Of a stretch of DNA of 64,000 nucleotides, positions 9,004 to 18,283 are shown one piece after another. Source of the stretch: an uncultured Actinomycetes bacterium (lineage in GTDB: Bacteria; Actinomycetota; UBA4738; JBBDTT01); assembly GCA_963742735.1 (NCBI GenBank), contig CAVUMN010000004.1:288001-352000 (forward strand), in the 5' to 3' direction. The position numbers and the translations under genes are program-made. The notes below the pieces were generated by a model. That model had not been told where the DNA came from. It made no database searches and was given only the letters and a program-made list of their open reading frames with translations. Positions within the stretch are counted from its first letter, which is position 1. Every line of letters begins with the position of its first letter.

Positions 9004-10053
9004 CTACATGTCGAGGGGGGCGTAGTAGCTCTCGGGGCCGTATTTCTTGACGTCGCTCAGCCAGTCGCTTTCGTAGACGTCCGTCGGCCGCTGGAGGGGG
9101 TCGGCCAGGGACCAGGCCTGGCGCTTGTAGGTCCAGTTCTCGGGCTGGAGGCGGTGGGCCTCGCGGAAGTGCTCCACGGCGGCGTCGGGTTCGCCGGCCT
9201 TGTGCAGGTGCTGGCCGAGCTCGAAGTGGCCGGCGGCCTCGGACGCCTCCCGGTCGGCCGGACGTGACCGGTCCACGACCTCGTCCGGCGACAGCCAGTG
9301 CTTGCTGTCCTTGCCGTTGGCGACCCAGTCGCGCAGCGCGTAGTAGTACTTCTTCGGCCGGACCTGGATCTTCATGGTCTCCTCGGCCTGCTCCAGGAGA
9401 TACGGGTCGTCCGTGGGGTGCTCGAGCGCGACCTCGAGCTGGGTGACCTTCCCCGGGTAGGCCGTCTCGGGCGGACGGACGATCATCCCGTCCTCGTCGA
9501 TCCAGATGCCGCTCGGCACGTTGACGATGCCGAACAGCTCGTCCATCAGGTGCGCCTCGTCGACGCAGGCGGGATGGGATGGCTGGGCCTTCTCCACGAA
9601 CGTGCCGGCGGCGTCCCACCCGTCCAGGTCTAGGGCGATCGTTACGAACTCGACCCCTTGGGGATGGAGCTCATCTCGCAGTTCCCGCCAGACCGGCAGG
9701 TCGAATCGACACCCTCACCACGAGGCCCACGCGAGCAGGAACACCTTCTGCCCGCGCAGCGACGACAGGCGGAACTCGCCGCCCTTCCACTCCGGGAGGA
9801 CCACCTCGGGCGCCTCGGCCGACTTCAGCACGCGCCCGACGGAGTCGGGGCCGACCGCCCACAGCCCGTGCGCCTCGTCGGGCACGATCGCCATCCCGAG
9901 CCGCTCCGCGATGGGGGTCACGTCGAACGTCTCGCCGCCCAGACCACCGAGCGGCACACACATCTCGGCCTTGCACGCCCCCTGCGGCTTGATCTTCCAG
10001 CCGGTTGCGCCGGCGAACGCGTCGTTGGTCGTCTCGAGCGACTCGAGGATCAC
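9004..10053 (-). CDS. Putative selenoprotein: TlpA/ResA-like thioredoxin fold with WASW-U-GC motif and C-terminal TPR
   Basis: The ORF ending at TGA 9715-9717 is in frame with ORF 9004-9597; read-through gives LLAWASW-U-GCRFDLPVWRELRDEL...FVTIALD...NVPSGIWIDEDG, a continuous redoxin fold; SECIS-like hairpin follows. Confidence 0.8.
9684..9700 (-). promoter_or_regulatory. Candidate bacterial SECIS element
   Basis: CCUGCC-GGUCU-GGCGGG hairpin starting 14 nt after the UGA; the apical GGUCU sequence also occurs in the E. coli fdhF SECIS. Confidence 0.65.
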
Positions 10054-10256
10054 TCGTCCACGTCCTCGATGACGATCGCGGCGGTCGGGCAGGCGGCCTC
10101 GGCCTCGCGCAGGATCTCCTCCTCGACGCTCGACGGGTCCAGCAGGACCGCCTTGCCGATCTCGTCGGGGCTCCACGCGAACGCCGTCGGCGCGAGCTGG
10201 ATGCACGTCTCGGCGCCGATGCACCGGTGCTTGTTGACGACGATCTTGAGGCTCAC
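10050..10256 (-). CDS. Ferredoxin, probably [3Fe-4S] type
   Basis: 68 aa; CIGAETC (CxxAxxC) and C-terminal ACPTAAI; GTGA overlaps on both sides. Confidence 0.88.
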   Translation of the reverse strand: MSLKIVVNKHRCIGAETCIQLAPTAFAWSPDEIGKAVLLDPSSVEEEILREAEAACPTAAIVIEDVDE

Positions 10257-13200
10257 GCGATCCCCTCCCGAAGGGCAGCGGTGGTGGCCGCCGCCCGCGA
10301 GTTCACCCCGAGCTTCGCGAACACGTTCTTGAGGTTCGAGGCCACGACCTTCTCACCGATCGCGAGCTCCGCGGCGATCTCGCGGTTGGTCAGCCCCCGC
10401 GCGACGAACCGCCACACGGCGACCTCGACCTGATCGAGCTCGCGGGCGGGCGCCGCGCGTCGCGTCTCGGGCGCCTCCCCAATGTCGACCTCGCCGATCC
10501 GCCCGGCCAGCTCGCGATGGACCGGTGCATCGAGCCACCGCCGGCGAACGTCCTCGTCCAGGATGCGCGTGGCCGCCCAGTCCAGGTCCTGGCGGATCCG
10601 AACGCGGAGGTGCTCCCACGCCTCGCCCCCCGCGGCCTCGTGGACGCGCGCCGCGGCGAGCAGCACCTCGTACAGCGACGGCTCGAGCATCCGGAGATCC
10701 ATCACGGCGACGGCGTCGGTCGCCAGCGTGACGGCTCGTTCCAGCTCGCCCCTTGCCAGCGCCACCTGGGCGGCGGCGGCCATGGCGATCGGCCGCCACG
10801 GGTTCTGGGTGGAGAGCCCGTCGCTCGACGTGACGGCCTCGGTCGCGTACTCGTCGGCTTTCTTCAGTAGGTCCTCGTCGCCCGCGTCCGCGCCCAGCCG
10901 GGCGGCGTGGTACGCGAGCCACGCGGTGACCTCCAGGGCGCCGACCCGGCTCCGCTGCTCGTACGCGAGGGCGCGTGCCTTCTGGAACCGCTCGACGGCC
11001 CCGCCCGCGTCGCCGGCCACCGCGCGGACCATGCCCCGCCACAGCTCCAGGCGCCTCGCCCGCAGCGGCGTGGGGGCGATGGCGGCCGCGGCCCGCGCCC
11101 GGTCCAGCCAGTGCTCGGCCTGCTCGATCTCGCCCAGCTCCGCGTGGGTCTGGGCCATCCCCAGCGCGGCGAGGAACTCCATCCACCGGTCCCCCATCGT
11201 CCGAGCTGCCTTGTGGGCCTCCTCGCCGCGCTCCAGCGAGAGGTCGGCGTAGTGGTAGAAGCGGGCGAACGCGTGGACCGAGTAGAGCAGGTGCACCTCG
11301 TCGGTCTGCCGCTCGCTCTCCTGGTAGGTGGAGGTCAAGCGAAGCCGGAGCTTGCGGATCTGCTCGATGACGCCGGCGATGCCCCGGCGCACGCCCGAGT
11401 GATAGTGCGAGTAGCCCAGCGCGATGACGGTGGCCAGAACGCCGGCCCGGTCGTCCAGTCGCTCGAAGCGCTCAAGCGCGTCGCCCAGGAGCGCCTTGGC
11501 CCGTTCCCCGAAGACGTCGATCTCGGCCCATCCCGGCGCGTCGTCCGGCGGGATGACGAAGCGGCCGTCCTCCATGACGACCGGTTTCAGGAGCTCCCCG
11601 GCCTTGCGCTTGAAACGGCCGTTCTCGATGACGCCGAGCTCGCGAATGCTGGCCGCGACCAGCCGGCCGTCACCCGATCGCTCGGCCAGGTCGCGCACCC
11701 TGAGGAACGCCTCCTCCGCCGCATCGAGGTCGACCTCGCTTGGGGGCGGGTTGAACGAGTCGCCGAGGGGCGCCTGCAAGCGCGCCTGGGCGAGCTCGAG
11801 CGCCGCGTCCAGCTCGGCTGCGGGATCGTTCGCCGTCACGGCCGCGTCCAGCGCGATCTGCGCGAGCTCCTCCGCCAAGGAGAAGTCCTCGACCTGACGG
11901 GCGGCCGAGGCTCGGCGCCGCAGCAGCTCGCCCTCGGTGACCACGCCTCCAGCCGAGGTCAGCCGCCCCAATTCGTCGAGGATGGCCGCGCGGTCGTCTC
12001 CCCGGCCCAGCCGCCACAGCGCGTCGTCGTTCAGGCGCAGCAGCTCCACGCGGTGGTGCGGCTGATCGACCAGCTTGAGCGCGGAGTCGCAGAGCCGGAC
12101 GGCCTCCTCCAGTGCCGTGGTCTCGATGGCGTGTCGCGCCGCGGCGACCGAGTGCGTCGCTCCGAGCTCCACGTCCTCCGCCAGCAGCGCGTGATGCGCC
12201 GCGTCCGCCAGCCGGTCCGGCGACACCTCCCCGCCGGCCGTGAGCAGCTGCACGATCGCGCCGTGGACGAGCCGTCGTCGGGGCCGGCCGTGGGTGTCGG
12301 CGAGCACCGCCCGGGCCTGGTCGTGGGTGAAGGCGTAGTCGTGGCGCGACCCAGGCGGGGTCTCCGCGAGCAGGTCCGAGCCCACCGCCTCGTCGAGGAT
12401 GGCGGACAGCTCGGCGGCCGACGGCGCGCCCTCGCCCTTCAGCAACCGGGTCAGCTCGGCCAGGTCGGCGAGGGCGAAGCGCCGGCCGAGGGCGGCGGCG
12501 TCGGCGAGGACCTCCCGGGTCTCCTTCGTCAGCGCGGCGGCGCGCCGCTCGATGAGGGACACCACGGATGCGGGAACCATCCGCTCCGTGCCTCGCGCGA
12601 TCTCCCACGTCCCGTCGATCGACTGGACGGTCCCGGCCTCGCGCAGCGAACGGACCAGCTCCTTGACGATGAACGGCACGCCCTCGCTCTGCGCGTAGAT
12701 GGCCTCGGCGCACTTCATGCTCACGGGCCCGTCCAGGAGGCGCGACAGCAGCTCGGCCGAGTCCGCGAGGCTCAGCCGGTCGAGCGTGATGCGCCGCCCG
12801 ACCCCCAGCCGCTCGGCATCGACCGTCATCCCGAGGATCGCCCCGCGCGTTGCCGGCACGTCCGGGCGCGACGCGAGCATCAGGAACAACGGCGCCCGGA
12901 CCTCCGAGCGCACCACGTACCGCAGCAGCCGAAGCGAGTCGGGGTCGGACCACTGCAGGTCGTCGAGGAAGACCGCGAGCGGCTTCTTCGAGGCGATCGC
13001 GGCGAGCGCTGCCTTCGCGCCGTCGTAGACGGCGAGGAGCTGGTCGTCCATCGGAAGGCTCTCGAGCGTCTCGTCCTGGGGCCCGCTGACCAGCTCGAGG
13101 GCTCGTTTCAAGGCGCGCTTCGAGGCGGGATCGCCGGCGGCGCGGCCCAGGGCCGGCACGGACAACAGGCTTCGAGCGACGTAGAAGGGCCCCCCGATCT

Positions 13201-13936
13201 CCTCGTCGGCGGCCACGTACACGACGCCGAACCCCTTCTCGGCCGCCGCGGCGGCGCCCTCGTCGAGCATGCGGGTCTTGCCGATGCCGGCCTCGCCCTC
13301 GACGCCGACCGAGGCGATGGTGCCGGTGAGCGCCGAATCGAGGCGCTCACGTACCGCCTCGACCTCGGCGCTTCGGCCGACCATCGGTATGAGCGGCCGG
13401 ACGGGCAGCTCCGGCTCGGGCTCCGGCTCCTCGGGCGGCTTGACGGCGAACAGACGCCACTTGCCGGGCACGCCCTTCAGCGCTCGCGAGCCCTTCGAGA
13501 CGAACTCGATGGGCGAGCCCTGGACCAGCTCCTTCACCGTCCCGGAGACGAGGATCTCGCCGGGGGCGGCCAGGCCCATGACCCGCGCGCCGATGTGCAC
13601 GCCGATCCCCCGCACGTTGTCGCCGGTCATCTCCACCTCGCCGGTGTGGACGCCAGAGCGGATCTCCAGGCCGACGGCCTCCATCGCCACCACGATCGCT
13701 TTGGCGCACAGGATCGCCCGGGCGGGGCTGTCGAACAGGGCCAGGAAGCCATCACCGGTGGTGACCACCTCGCGGCCCTGGAACCGGCCGAGCTCCTTGC
13801 GAACGGCGGTGTGGTGGGCCTCGAGCAGCGCGCCCCAGTCGGCGTCGCCGAGCTCGACCGCCCGCTTGGTCGACCCCACCACGTCCGTGAACAGGACGGT
13901 GGCCAGCACACGATCGCCGAGGGGTTGGTCCGACAC
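10253..13936 (-). CDS. Class III adenylate/guanylate cyclase - AAA (STAND) ATPase - TPR-like - LuxR HTH regulator
   Basis: LFTDVVGST/GDGF/GVHTGE/LKG cyclase motifs; Walker A GEAGIGKT; Walker B FLDDLQWSD; GVPF; C-terminal GLTNREIA...KLGVNSR. Confidence 0.88.
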   Translation of the reverse strand: MSDQPLGDRVLATVLFTDVVGSTKRAVELGDADWGALLEAHHTAVRKELGRFQGREVVTTGDGFLALFDSPARAILCAKAIVVAMEAVGLEIRSGVHTGEVEMTGDNVRGIGVHIGARVMGLAAPGEILVSGTVKELVQGSPIEFVSKGSRALKGVPGKWRLFAVKPPEEPEPEPELPVRPLIPMVGRSAEVEAVRERLDSALTGTIASVGVEGEAGIGKTRMLDEGAAAAAEKGFGVVYVAADEEIGGPFYVARSLLSVPALGRAAGDPASKRALKRALELVSGPQDETLESLPMDDQLLAVYDGAKAALAAIASKKPLAVFLDDLQWSDPDSLRLLRYVVRSEVRAPLFLMLASRPDVPATRGAILGMTVDAERLGVGRRITLDRLSLADSAELLSRLLDGPVSMKCAEAIYAQSEGVPFIVKELVRSLREAGTVQSIDGTWEIARGTERMVPASVVSLIERRAAALTKETREVLADAAALGRRFALADLAELTRLLKGEGAPSAAELSAILDEAVGSDLLAETPPGSRHDYAFTHDQARAVLADTHGRPRRRLVHGAIVQLLTAGGEVSPDRLADAAHHALLAEDVELGATHSVAAARHAIETTALEEAVRLCDSALKLVDQPHHRVELLRLNDDALWRLGRGDDRAAILDELGRLTSAGGVVTEGELLRRRASAARQVEDFSLAEELAQIALDAAVTANDPAAELDAALELAQARLQAPLGDSFNPPPSEVDLDAAEEAFLRVRDLAERSGDGRLVAASIRELGVIENGRFKRKAGELLKPVVMEDGRFVIPPDDAPGWAEIDVFGERAKALLGDALERFERLDDRAGVLATVIALGYSHYHSGVRRGIAGVIEQIRKLRLRLTSTYQESERQTDEVHLLYSVHAFARFYHYADLSLERGEEAHKAARTMGDRWMEFLAALGMAQTHAELGEIEQAEHWLDRARAAAAIAPTPLRARRLELWRGMVRAVAGDAGGAVERFQKARALAYEQRSRVGALEVTAWLAYHAARLGADAGDEDLLKKADEYATEAVTSSDGLSTQNPWRPIAMAAAAQVALARGELERAVTLATDAVAVMDLRMLEPSLYEVLLAAARVHEAAGGEAWEHLRVRIRQDLDWAATRILDEDVRRRWLDAPVHRELAGRIGEVDIGEAPETRRAAPARELDQVEVAVWRFVARGLTNREIAAELAIGEKVVASNLKNVFAKLGVNSRAAATTAALREGIA

Positions 13937-13988
13937 AGCTCCCCAGTCTCCGACTCCCGGCGATTTCCGACAACAGACCGAGGTCGCC

Positions 13989-14017
13989 TAAACGGGGGAG
14001 ACTCGCCGGGTGTTCAT
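13989..14017. promoter_or_regulatory. ECF-type promoter readable on both strands between the cyclase operon and sigma 3
   Basis: Plus strand TAAAC-N18-GTTCAT-N5-GTG(14023); minus strand TGAAC-N17-CGTT. Confidence 0.55.
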
Positions 14018-14022
14018 GGTTC

Positions 14023-14544
14023 GTGAGCCAGCCAGCCCCACTCGTGGCCGTGCCTGATCCGGCCCAGCTGCCGCAGACGTTCGAGGACTTCTTCGAGGCC
14101 GAGCACGTGCGCCTGTACCGGGCGCTGACCCTGATGACCGCGAACGGGCACGAAGCCGAGGAGCTGATGCAGGACGCGTTCCTGAAGGTATGGGAGCGCT
14201 GGGACCGGGTGGCGGCCATGGAGAACCCGACGGGTTACCTGTACCGGGCGGCGATGAACCGGTTCCGCAACCGGCATCGGCGACTGCGCCTGGAGGCCCT
14301 CCGGCGTCCCCGGCCCGCCGACGCGACCGACGCGTTCTCGCGCGTGGAGGCTCGCGACCAGGTGGGGCGAGCCCTGCGAGGCCTGGCGCCACGGCAGCGA
14401 GCCGCGCTGGTCCTGACCGACATGCTCGAGTTCGAGTCGGCCGAGGCGGCCGAGCTCCTCCACGTGGCACCCGGAACGGTCCGGGCGCTCGCCCACCAGG
14501 CCAGAGAGGCCATCCGACGCAGAACGGAGCCAGACGATGACTGA
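14023..14544 (+). CDS. ECF RNA polymerase sigma factor (sigma 3)
   Basis: FEDFFEAEHVRLYRAL...AEELMQDAF...WDRV...PTGYLYR; region 4 LAPRQRAALVL...GTVR. Confidence 0.9.
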   Translation: MSQPAPLVAVPDPAQLPQTFEDFFEAEHVRLYRALTLMTANGHEAEELMQDAFLKVWERWDRVAAMENPTGYLYRAAMNRFRNRHRRLRLEALRRPRPADATDAFSRVEARDQVGRALRGLAPRQRAALVLTDMLEFESAEAAELLHVAPGTVRALAHQAREAIRRRTEPDDD

Positions 14545-15367
14545 CAACGAACGCGACACGCTGAACCGCCTGGGCGACCAGCTCCGGCCGCCCGACGACT
14601 CCTTCGACCGGCTCCTGACGCGCCGCGACCGCCAGCGTCGGAACCGTCGCGTGACCGCGGCGGCCGTGGCGCTCTCGCTGACGGCGGCCGGGCTGTTCGG
14701 CGCGTACCAGATCGGACGGCGCACCTCGACCACGCCCGGCGGCGGGTCGGCGGCCCTGCCGAACGTGGCCCGCGTCGAGTGCGGCCCCGCCGGCGCCGTG
14801 GTCGTCACGCCCGAGGCGCGACCCCAGCGCGACGGGATCCACCTGGACATCACCAACACCGGCACGAAGGCGCTCATGTTCCACGTCGTCATCCCCGACT
14901 TCGGCGGCTTCGTCGAGCGGGCCGAGCCGGGCGCGAACACGTTCACCGTGTCCGACCTTCGCCCCGACGCCTACGAGGTTCGGTGCTTCGCGGAGGACGA
15001 GCTCAATCCCCAGAACGAGCCCGCCGCCGCCCTCCAGATCACCGATCAGGACGGCGTGTGGAAGGACCTGACGGTGGCCTGCCCGGCCGGCCTGCGCGAG
15101 GAGAGTGCCTTCTTCGACGCGGCTCCGGGACTGCGCGGCGAGGACGGAACGGCCGAGGAGGTCGCGCGGCGCCACCTCGGTGAGGCGGTCCACGAGGGCG
15201 ACGTCGTCGAGATCGGCGGCTACCCGCAGGCGGCGAACCCCGTGGTGCGGGTGGTCCGGGACGGCCGGGTGGTCGCCGCGGTCTACGTGTTCCCCGTCAT
15301 CGAGGGGGGCTGGCTGGTCCAGAACCTGACCTGGTGCGTGGACGACTCGACCACCTCCACCGGCTGA
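14537..15367 (+). CDS. Putative membrane anti-sigma factor (Cys-containing module C)
   Basis: ATGACTGA overlap; Arg cluster plus TM helix; ectodomain homologous to 15941-16756 (RPQRDG.H, GYP, VRVVRDGR). Confidence 0.7.
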   Translation: MTDNERDTLNRLGDQLRPPDDSFDRLLTRRDRQRRNRRVTAAAVALSLTAAGLFGAYQIGRRTSTTPGGGSAALPNVARVECGPAGAVVVTPEARPQRDGIHLDITNTGTKALMFHVVIPDFGGFVERAEPGANTFTVSDLRPDAYEVRCFAEDELNPQNEPAAALQITDQDGVWKDLTVACPAGLREESAFFDAAPGLRGEDGTAEEVARRHLGEAVHEGDVVEIGGYPQAANPVVRVVRDGRVVAAVYVFPVIEGGWLVQNLTWCVDDSTTSTG

Positions 15368-15378
15368 CGCTGGTCCAA

Positions 15379-15424
15379 ACTCCCCACGTGGGGAGTAAAC
15401 GCCGCCGCCGTCTCGAGGCTTCAT
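15379..15424 (+). promoter_or_regulatory. 18-bp perfect palindrome followed by an ECF-like promoter for sigma 4
   Basis: ACTCCCCACGTGGGGAGT (15379-15396), then TAAAC-N18-CTTCAT-N5-GTG(15430). Confidence 0.5.
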
Positions 15425-15429
15425 GGGGT

Positions 15430-15948
15430 GTGGACCGCGCCGCCGGGGCGGCGGAAGCGCCCCCGAGGGACCCTCCGACGTCGTTCGAGGAGTTCTTCGA
15501 GGCCGAGCGGCATCGCCTGCACGGCGCCCTGGTGCTCATGACGGCGAGCGTCCACGAGGCCGACGAGCTGCTGCAGGATGCGTTCCTCACGGTGTGGGAG
15601 CGGTGGGATCGGGTGCGCGAGATGGAACGGCCGACCGGCTACCTGTACCGGGTCGCGATGAACGGGTTCCGCAGGCGCCGACGGCGCCTTCGGCTGGACC
15701 TGCGGCTGGGGACACGGTCGGAGAACGAGGTGGACCCATACGCCCGCGCGGCGGCCAGGGACGCGGCGGCCCGGGCTCTCGCGGTGCTGCCGCGTCGCGA
15801 ACGCGCCGCATTGGTGCTCACGGAGATGCTCGCGTTCGATTCCAACGAGGCTGGCGAGCTGTTGAAGATCAGGCCCTCGACGGTCCGCGTTCTGGCCCAC
15901 CGAGCCCGCGAACGCATCCGCCGAGAGATCGGAGACGACGATGCCTGA
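15430..15948 (+). CDS. ECF RNA polymerase sigma factor (sigma 4)
   Basis: Close paralog of sigma 3 (FEEFFEAERHRL...LMT...QDAFLTVWERWDRV...PTGYLYRVAMN); start placed at GTG 15430 by promoter spacing. Confidence 0.9.
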   Translation: MDRAAGAAEAPPRDPPTSFEEFFEAERHRLHGALVLMTASVHEADELLQDAFLTVWERWDRVREMERPTGYLYRVAMNGFRRRRRRLRLDLRLGTRSENEVDPYARAAARDAAARALAVLPRRERAALVLTEMLAFDSNEAGELLKIRPSTVRVLAHRARERIRREIGDDDA

Positions 15949-16756
15949 CCTGCGCGACCGCCTGGAAGGCCTGGCCGCGGGGTTCCCCGAGCGGCGCGGG
16001 ATGGACGGTCTCAAACGTCGCCGAGATCGCCGGCGGCGAGTCAGCCGGGTGCTTACGGGCACGCTGGCGTTGCTGATTGCGGCAACCGGGACGGCCTCTG
16101 CCTTCCTCGCCTTCAGAGACATCGCTCACGGACCGGCGGCCGACCACGCGACCGAGCTTCCCCCCGATGTGCTTCTCCTGGAGTGCAGCCAGAACGGACC
16201 CGTCGTGCACACGCCCACGGTTCGGCCGCAGCGGGACGGTGTGCACATCGAGGCCCGGAACACGAGCGACCACGTGCTCATCTACGACGTGGGAGGGCCC
16301 GGGGGAGGCACCGGACGTGACATCCCTCCCGGCGGCGACCATGCCACCGTCGCGGGTCACATCGCGCCCGGTCGCGGCACGTTCGGGTGCGCGCGGCCTC
16401 TCACCGACCCATCCGATGAGCTCAAGCTCGAGTTCGAGATCGTCGATCCGGAGGGGCTGTGGGTCTCGGGAGGGCTGGACTGCCAGGGCGGAGTGGCGGT
16501 CACAGGCAGCGTGCTCTACGGGGGTGGACCTGACGGAGAGACTGGCACGCCCGAGGACTACGTCCGGAAGCACCACGCGGACGAGCTACGCGAAGAAGAC
16601 GTCCTCGACCGGGCGGGGTATCCGGTCGCCACCAAAGCGTGGGGAGCAACCGTCCGGGTCGTGCGAGACGGCCGGCCCGTCGCGACCTTCCACCTGTTCG
16701 GGAACGAACAGGAGGGCTGGTACCAGGACTCCTACTCTGCATGTCAGGAGTTCTGA
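15941..16756 (+). CDS. Putative membrane anti-sigma factor (module C)
   Basis: ATGCCTGA overlap; RRRDRRRR plus TM helix; four Cys align with those of 14537-15367. Confidence 0.7.
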   Translation: MPDLRDRLEGLAAGFPERRGMDGLKRRRDRRRRVSRVLTGTLALLIAATGTASAFLAFRDIAHGPAADHATELPPDVLLLECSQNGPVVHTPTVRPQRDGVHIEARNTSDHVLIYDVGGPGGGTGRDIPPGGDHATVAGHIAPGRGTFGCARPLTDPSDELKLEFEIVDPEGLWVSGGLDCQGGVAVTGSVLYGGGPDGETGTPEDYVRKHHADELREEDVLDRAGYPVATKAWGATVRVVRDGRPVATFHLFGNEQEGWYQDSYSACQEF

Positions 16757-16765
16757 CGAGCGACT

Positions 16766-16793
16766 GAAACGCTCGCGGCCTCGGCAGGTTCAT
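16766..16793 (+). promoter_or_regulatory. ECF-like promoter for leaderless sigma 5
   Basis: GAAAC-N17-GTTCAT-N5-ATG(16799). Confidence 0.55.
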
Positions 16794-16798
16794 GTCGC

Positions 16799-17323
16799 AT
16801 GATCGAACCCGCGACACTTGACCATGTGACCGAGGTGCCCGCCGAGCCGGCGGCAGACTTTCGCGAGTTCTACGAGGCCCAGCACGAGCGGCTGGGCCGC
16901 GCGCTGTACCTGCTCACCCGGAGCTCGCACGAGGCGGAGGAGCTCGCCCAGGAGGCCCTCGTCCGCGTGTACGAGCGGTGGGACCGCGTCCGGACGATGG
17001 ACTCGCCCGTCGGCTACCTGTTCCGCACCGCCATGAACCTGAACCGCAACCGCCTGCGGCGGCTCGGCGTGGCCGCCCGGCGCCTGATCGGACCGACCCC
17101 GCAGCCCTCCGAGCTCGACGCGATCGAGACCCGCGACGACTTGTTCATCATCCTGGACGAGCTTCCGATCGGGCAGCGGCAAGCCGTGGTCCTGATCGAC
17201 TGGCTCGGGATGGACGCCGAGGAGGCCGGCCGGGTCCTCGGGCTCAAGGCCGTGTCGGTGCGCGTACGCCTCTCCCGGGCGCACGCGGCCCTACGAGAGG
17301 CACTGGAGGCGAACGATGACTGA
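16799..17323 (+). CDS. ECF RNA polymerase sigma factor (sigma 5)
   Basis: Paralog of sigma 2 (HERLGRALYLLT...AEELAQEA...YERWDRV...WLGM...VRVRLSRA). Confidence 0.9.
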   Translation: MIEPATLDHVTEVPAEPAADFREFYEAQHERLGRALYLLTRSSHEAEELAQEALVRVYERWDRVRTMDSPVGYLFRTAMNLNRNRLRRLGVAARRLIGPTPQPSELDAIETRDDLFIILDELPIGQRQAVVLIDWLGMDAEEAGRVLGLKAVSVRVRLSRAHAALREALEANDD

Positions 17324-18266
17324 CCTGCACGACGTTCTGGATCGAAAGGCCCGACAGTTCCGTCCGGGCGACGACGGCTACGAGCAGATGGTGGACCGCG
17401 CCGAGCGCCGACACCGCAACCGGCGGATCACCTCGGGGGTGGTCGCCCTGGCGGTGGCCGTCGCCGGCAGCCTCGGCGCCTACGCGATGCTGATCGGCAG
17501 CGCGTCCGAGGAGACGGCTGGCGGTGAGTTCGCGGCGCTATGGCCACAGCAAAACCGCAGCGATGCGGATGTTGCTCAGGCCCGAGCGAACGAGGGAGAC
17601 GGGCGGCTCACCTGGCAGCAGGACGCCGAGGAGTTCCTGTGGCGCTTTCTCAACGACGGAATGAGCTGGGTCGATACGACCATCCCCGAGCTCTCTGAGG
17701 CGCAGAAGGACGGCACCGGCCCCATTACCGTGACGCTGCGGGGCGGACCGGCCGATCTCTGCACCTATCCGGACGACGCCGATGAGTGGACTTGTCCGCC
17801 GGACGCGTTCAAAGAGATCGACGTCACCATCGAGCGTCTCCTCCAGAAGGACACTCAGGGAATCTGGTTCGTGGTCGGCGCCGTGGTCAATGGGAGCACG
17901 CCCCGAATCGAGAACTCGCCGCTTCCTCCGGTGGACACCCCGATGATGGGGCCAGACCTGCCGCGAGCGGAGGGGGATTTCGTCTGGGATTTCCTTACGG
18001 CGAGGTCTGAGGGCAGCGGAGCGGGAGCGTTCCTCTCGCCCGGTGCGTTGGAGCAGTACCAGTCACACGACGGAGGCCTGGAGCTCTACGGGGGCTACGT
18101 CGAGAGTTCCTTCGGGAATTCGCTGCTCCGATGGGAGCAGGTCGAGGTCGGGTGGCTCGTGACAATCTCGTTCGACAGCGAAGCGGGCGCGACGACCGAA
18201 TCCGTCGTCATCCGCTCGGCTGACGAGGGCGGGCTGCTGATCATCGGGGCCGAACTGCACGATTAG
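17316..18266 (+). CDS. Putative membrane anti-sigma factor (modules A+B)
   Basis: ATGACTGA overlap; RAERRHRNRR plus TM helix; LWPQQNRSDADVAQ and DFLTARSEGSGAGAFLS motifs. Confidence 0.7.
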   Translation: MTDLHDVLDRKARQFRPGDDGYEQMVDRAERRHRNRRITSGVVALAVAVAGSLGAYAMLIGSASEETAGGEFAALWPQQNRSDADVAQARANEGDGRLTWQQDAEEFLWRFLNDGMSWVDTTIPELSEAQKDGTGPITVTLRGGPADLCTYPDDADEWTCPPDAFKEIDVTIERLLQKDTQGIWFVVGAVVNGSTPRIENSPLPPVDTPMMGPDLPRAEGDFVWDFLTARSEGSGAGAFLSPGALEQYQSHDGGLELYGGYVESSFGNSLLRWEQVEVGWLVTISFDSEAGATTESVVIRSADEGGLLIIGAELHD

Positions 18267-18283
18267 CCGATTCCTCCGTGCGA

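Noticed and set aside
10253-13936. Cyclase-STAND protein as an anti-phage system (Pycsar or Avs-like)
   Set aside because: It ends in a LuxR HTH typical of actinobacterial transcription regulators, and no cyclic-nucleotide-binding effector or nuclease is adjacent.
10907-14026. Very long antisense or alternate-frame ORFs (e.g. 10907-14026, 5486-8074, 21810-23906)
   Set aside because: They are shadows of real genes in high-GC DNA, with Arg/Gly/Pro-rich translations and no recognisable motifs.
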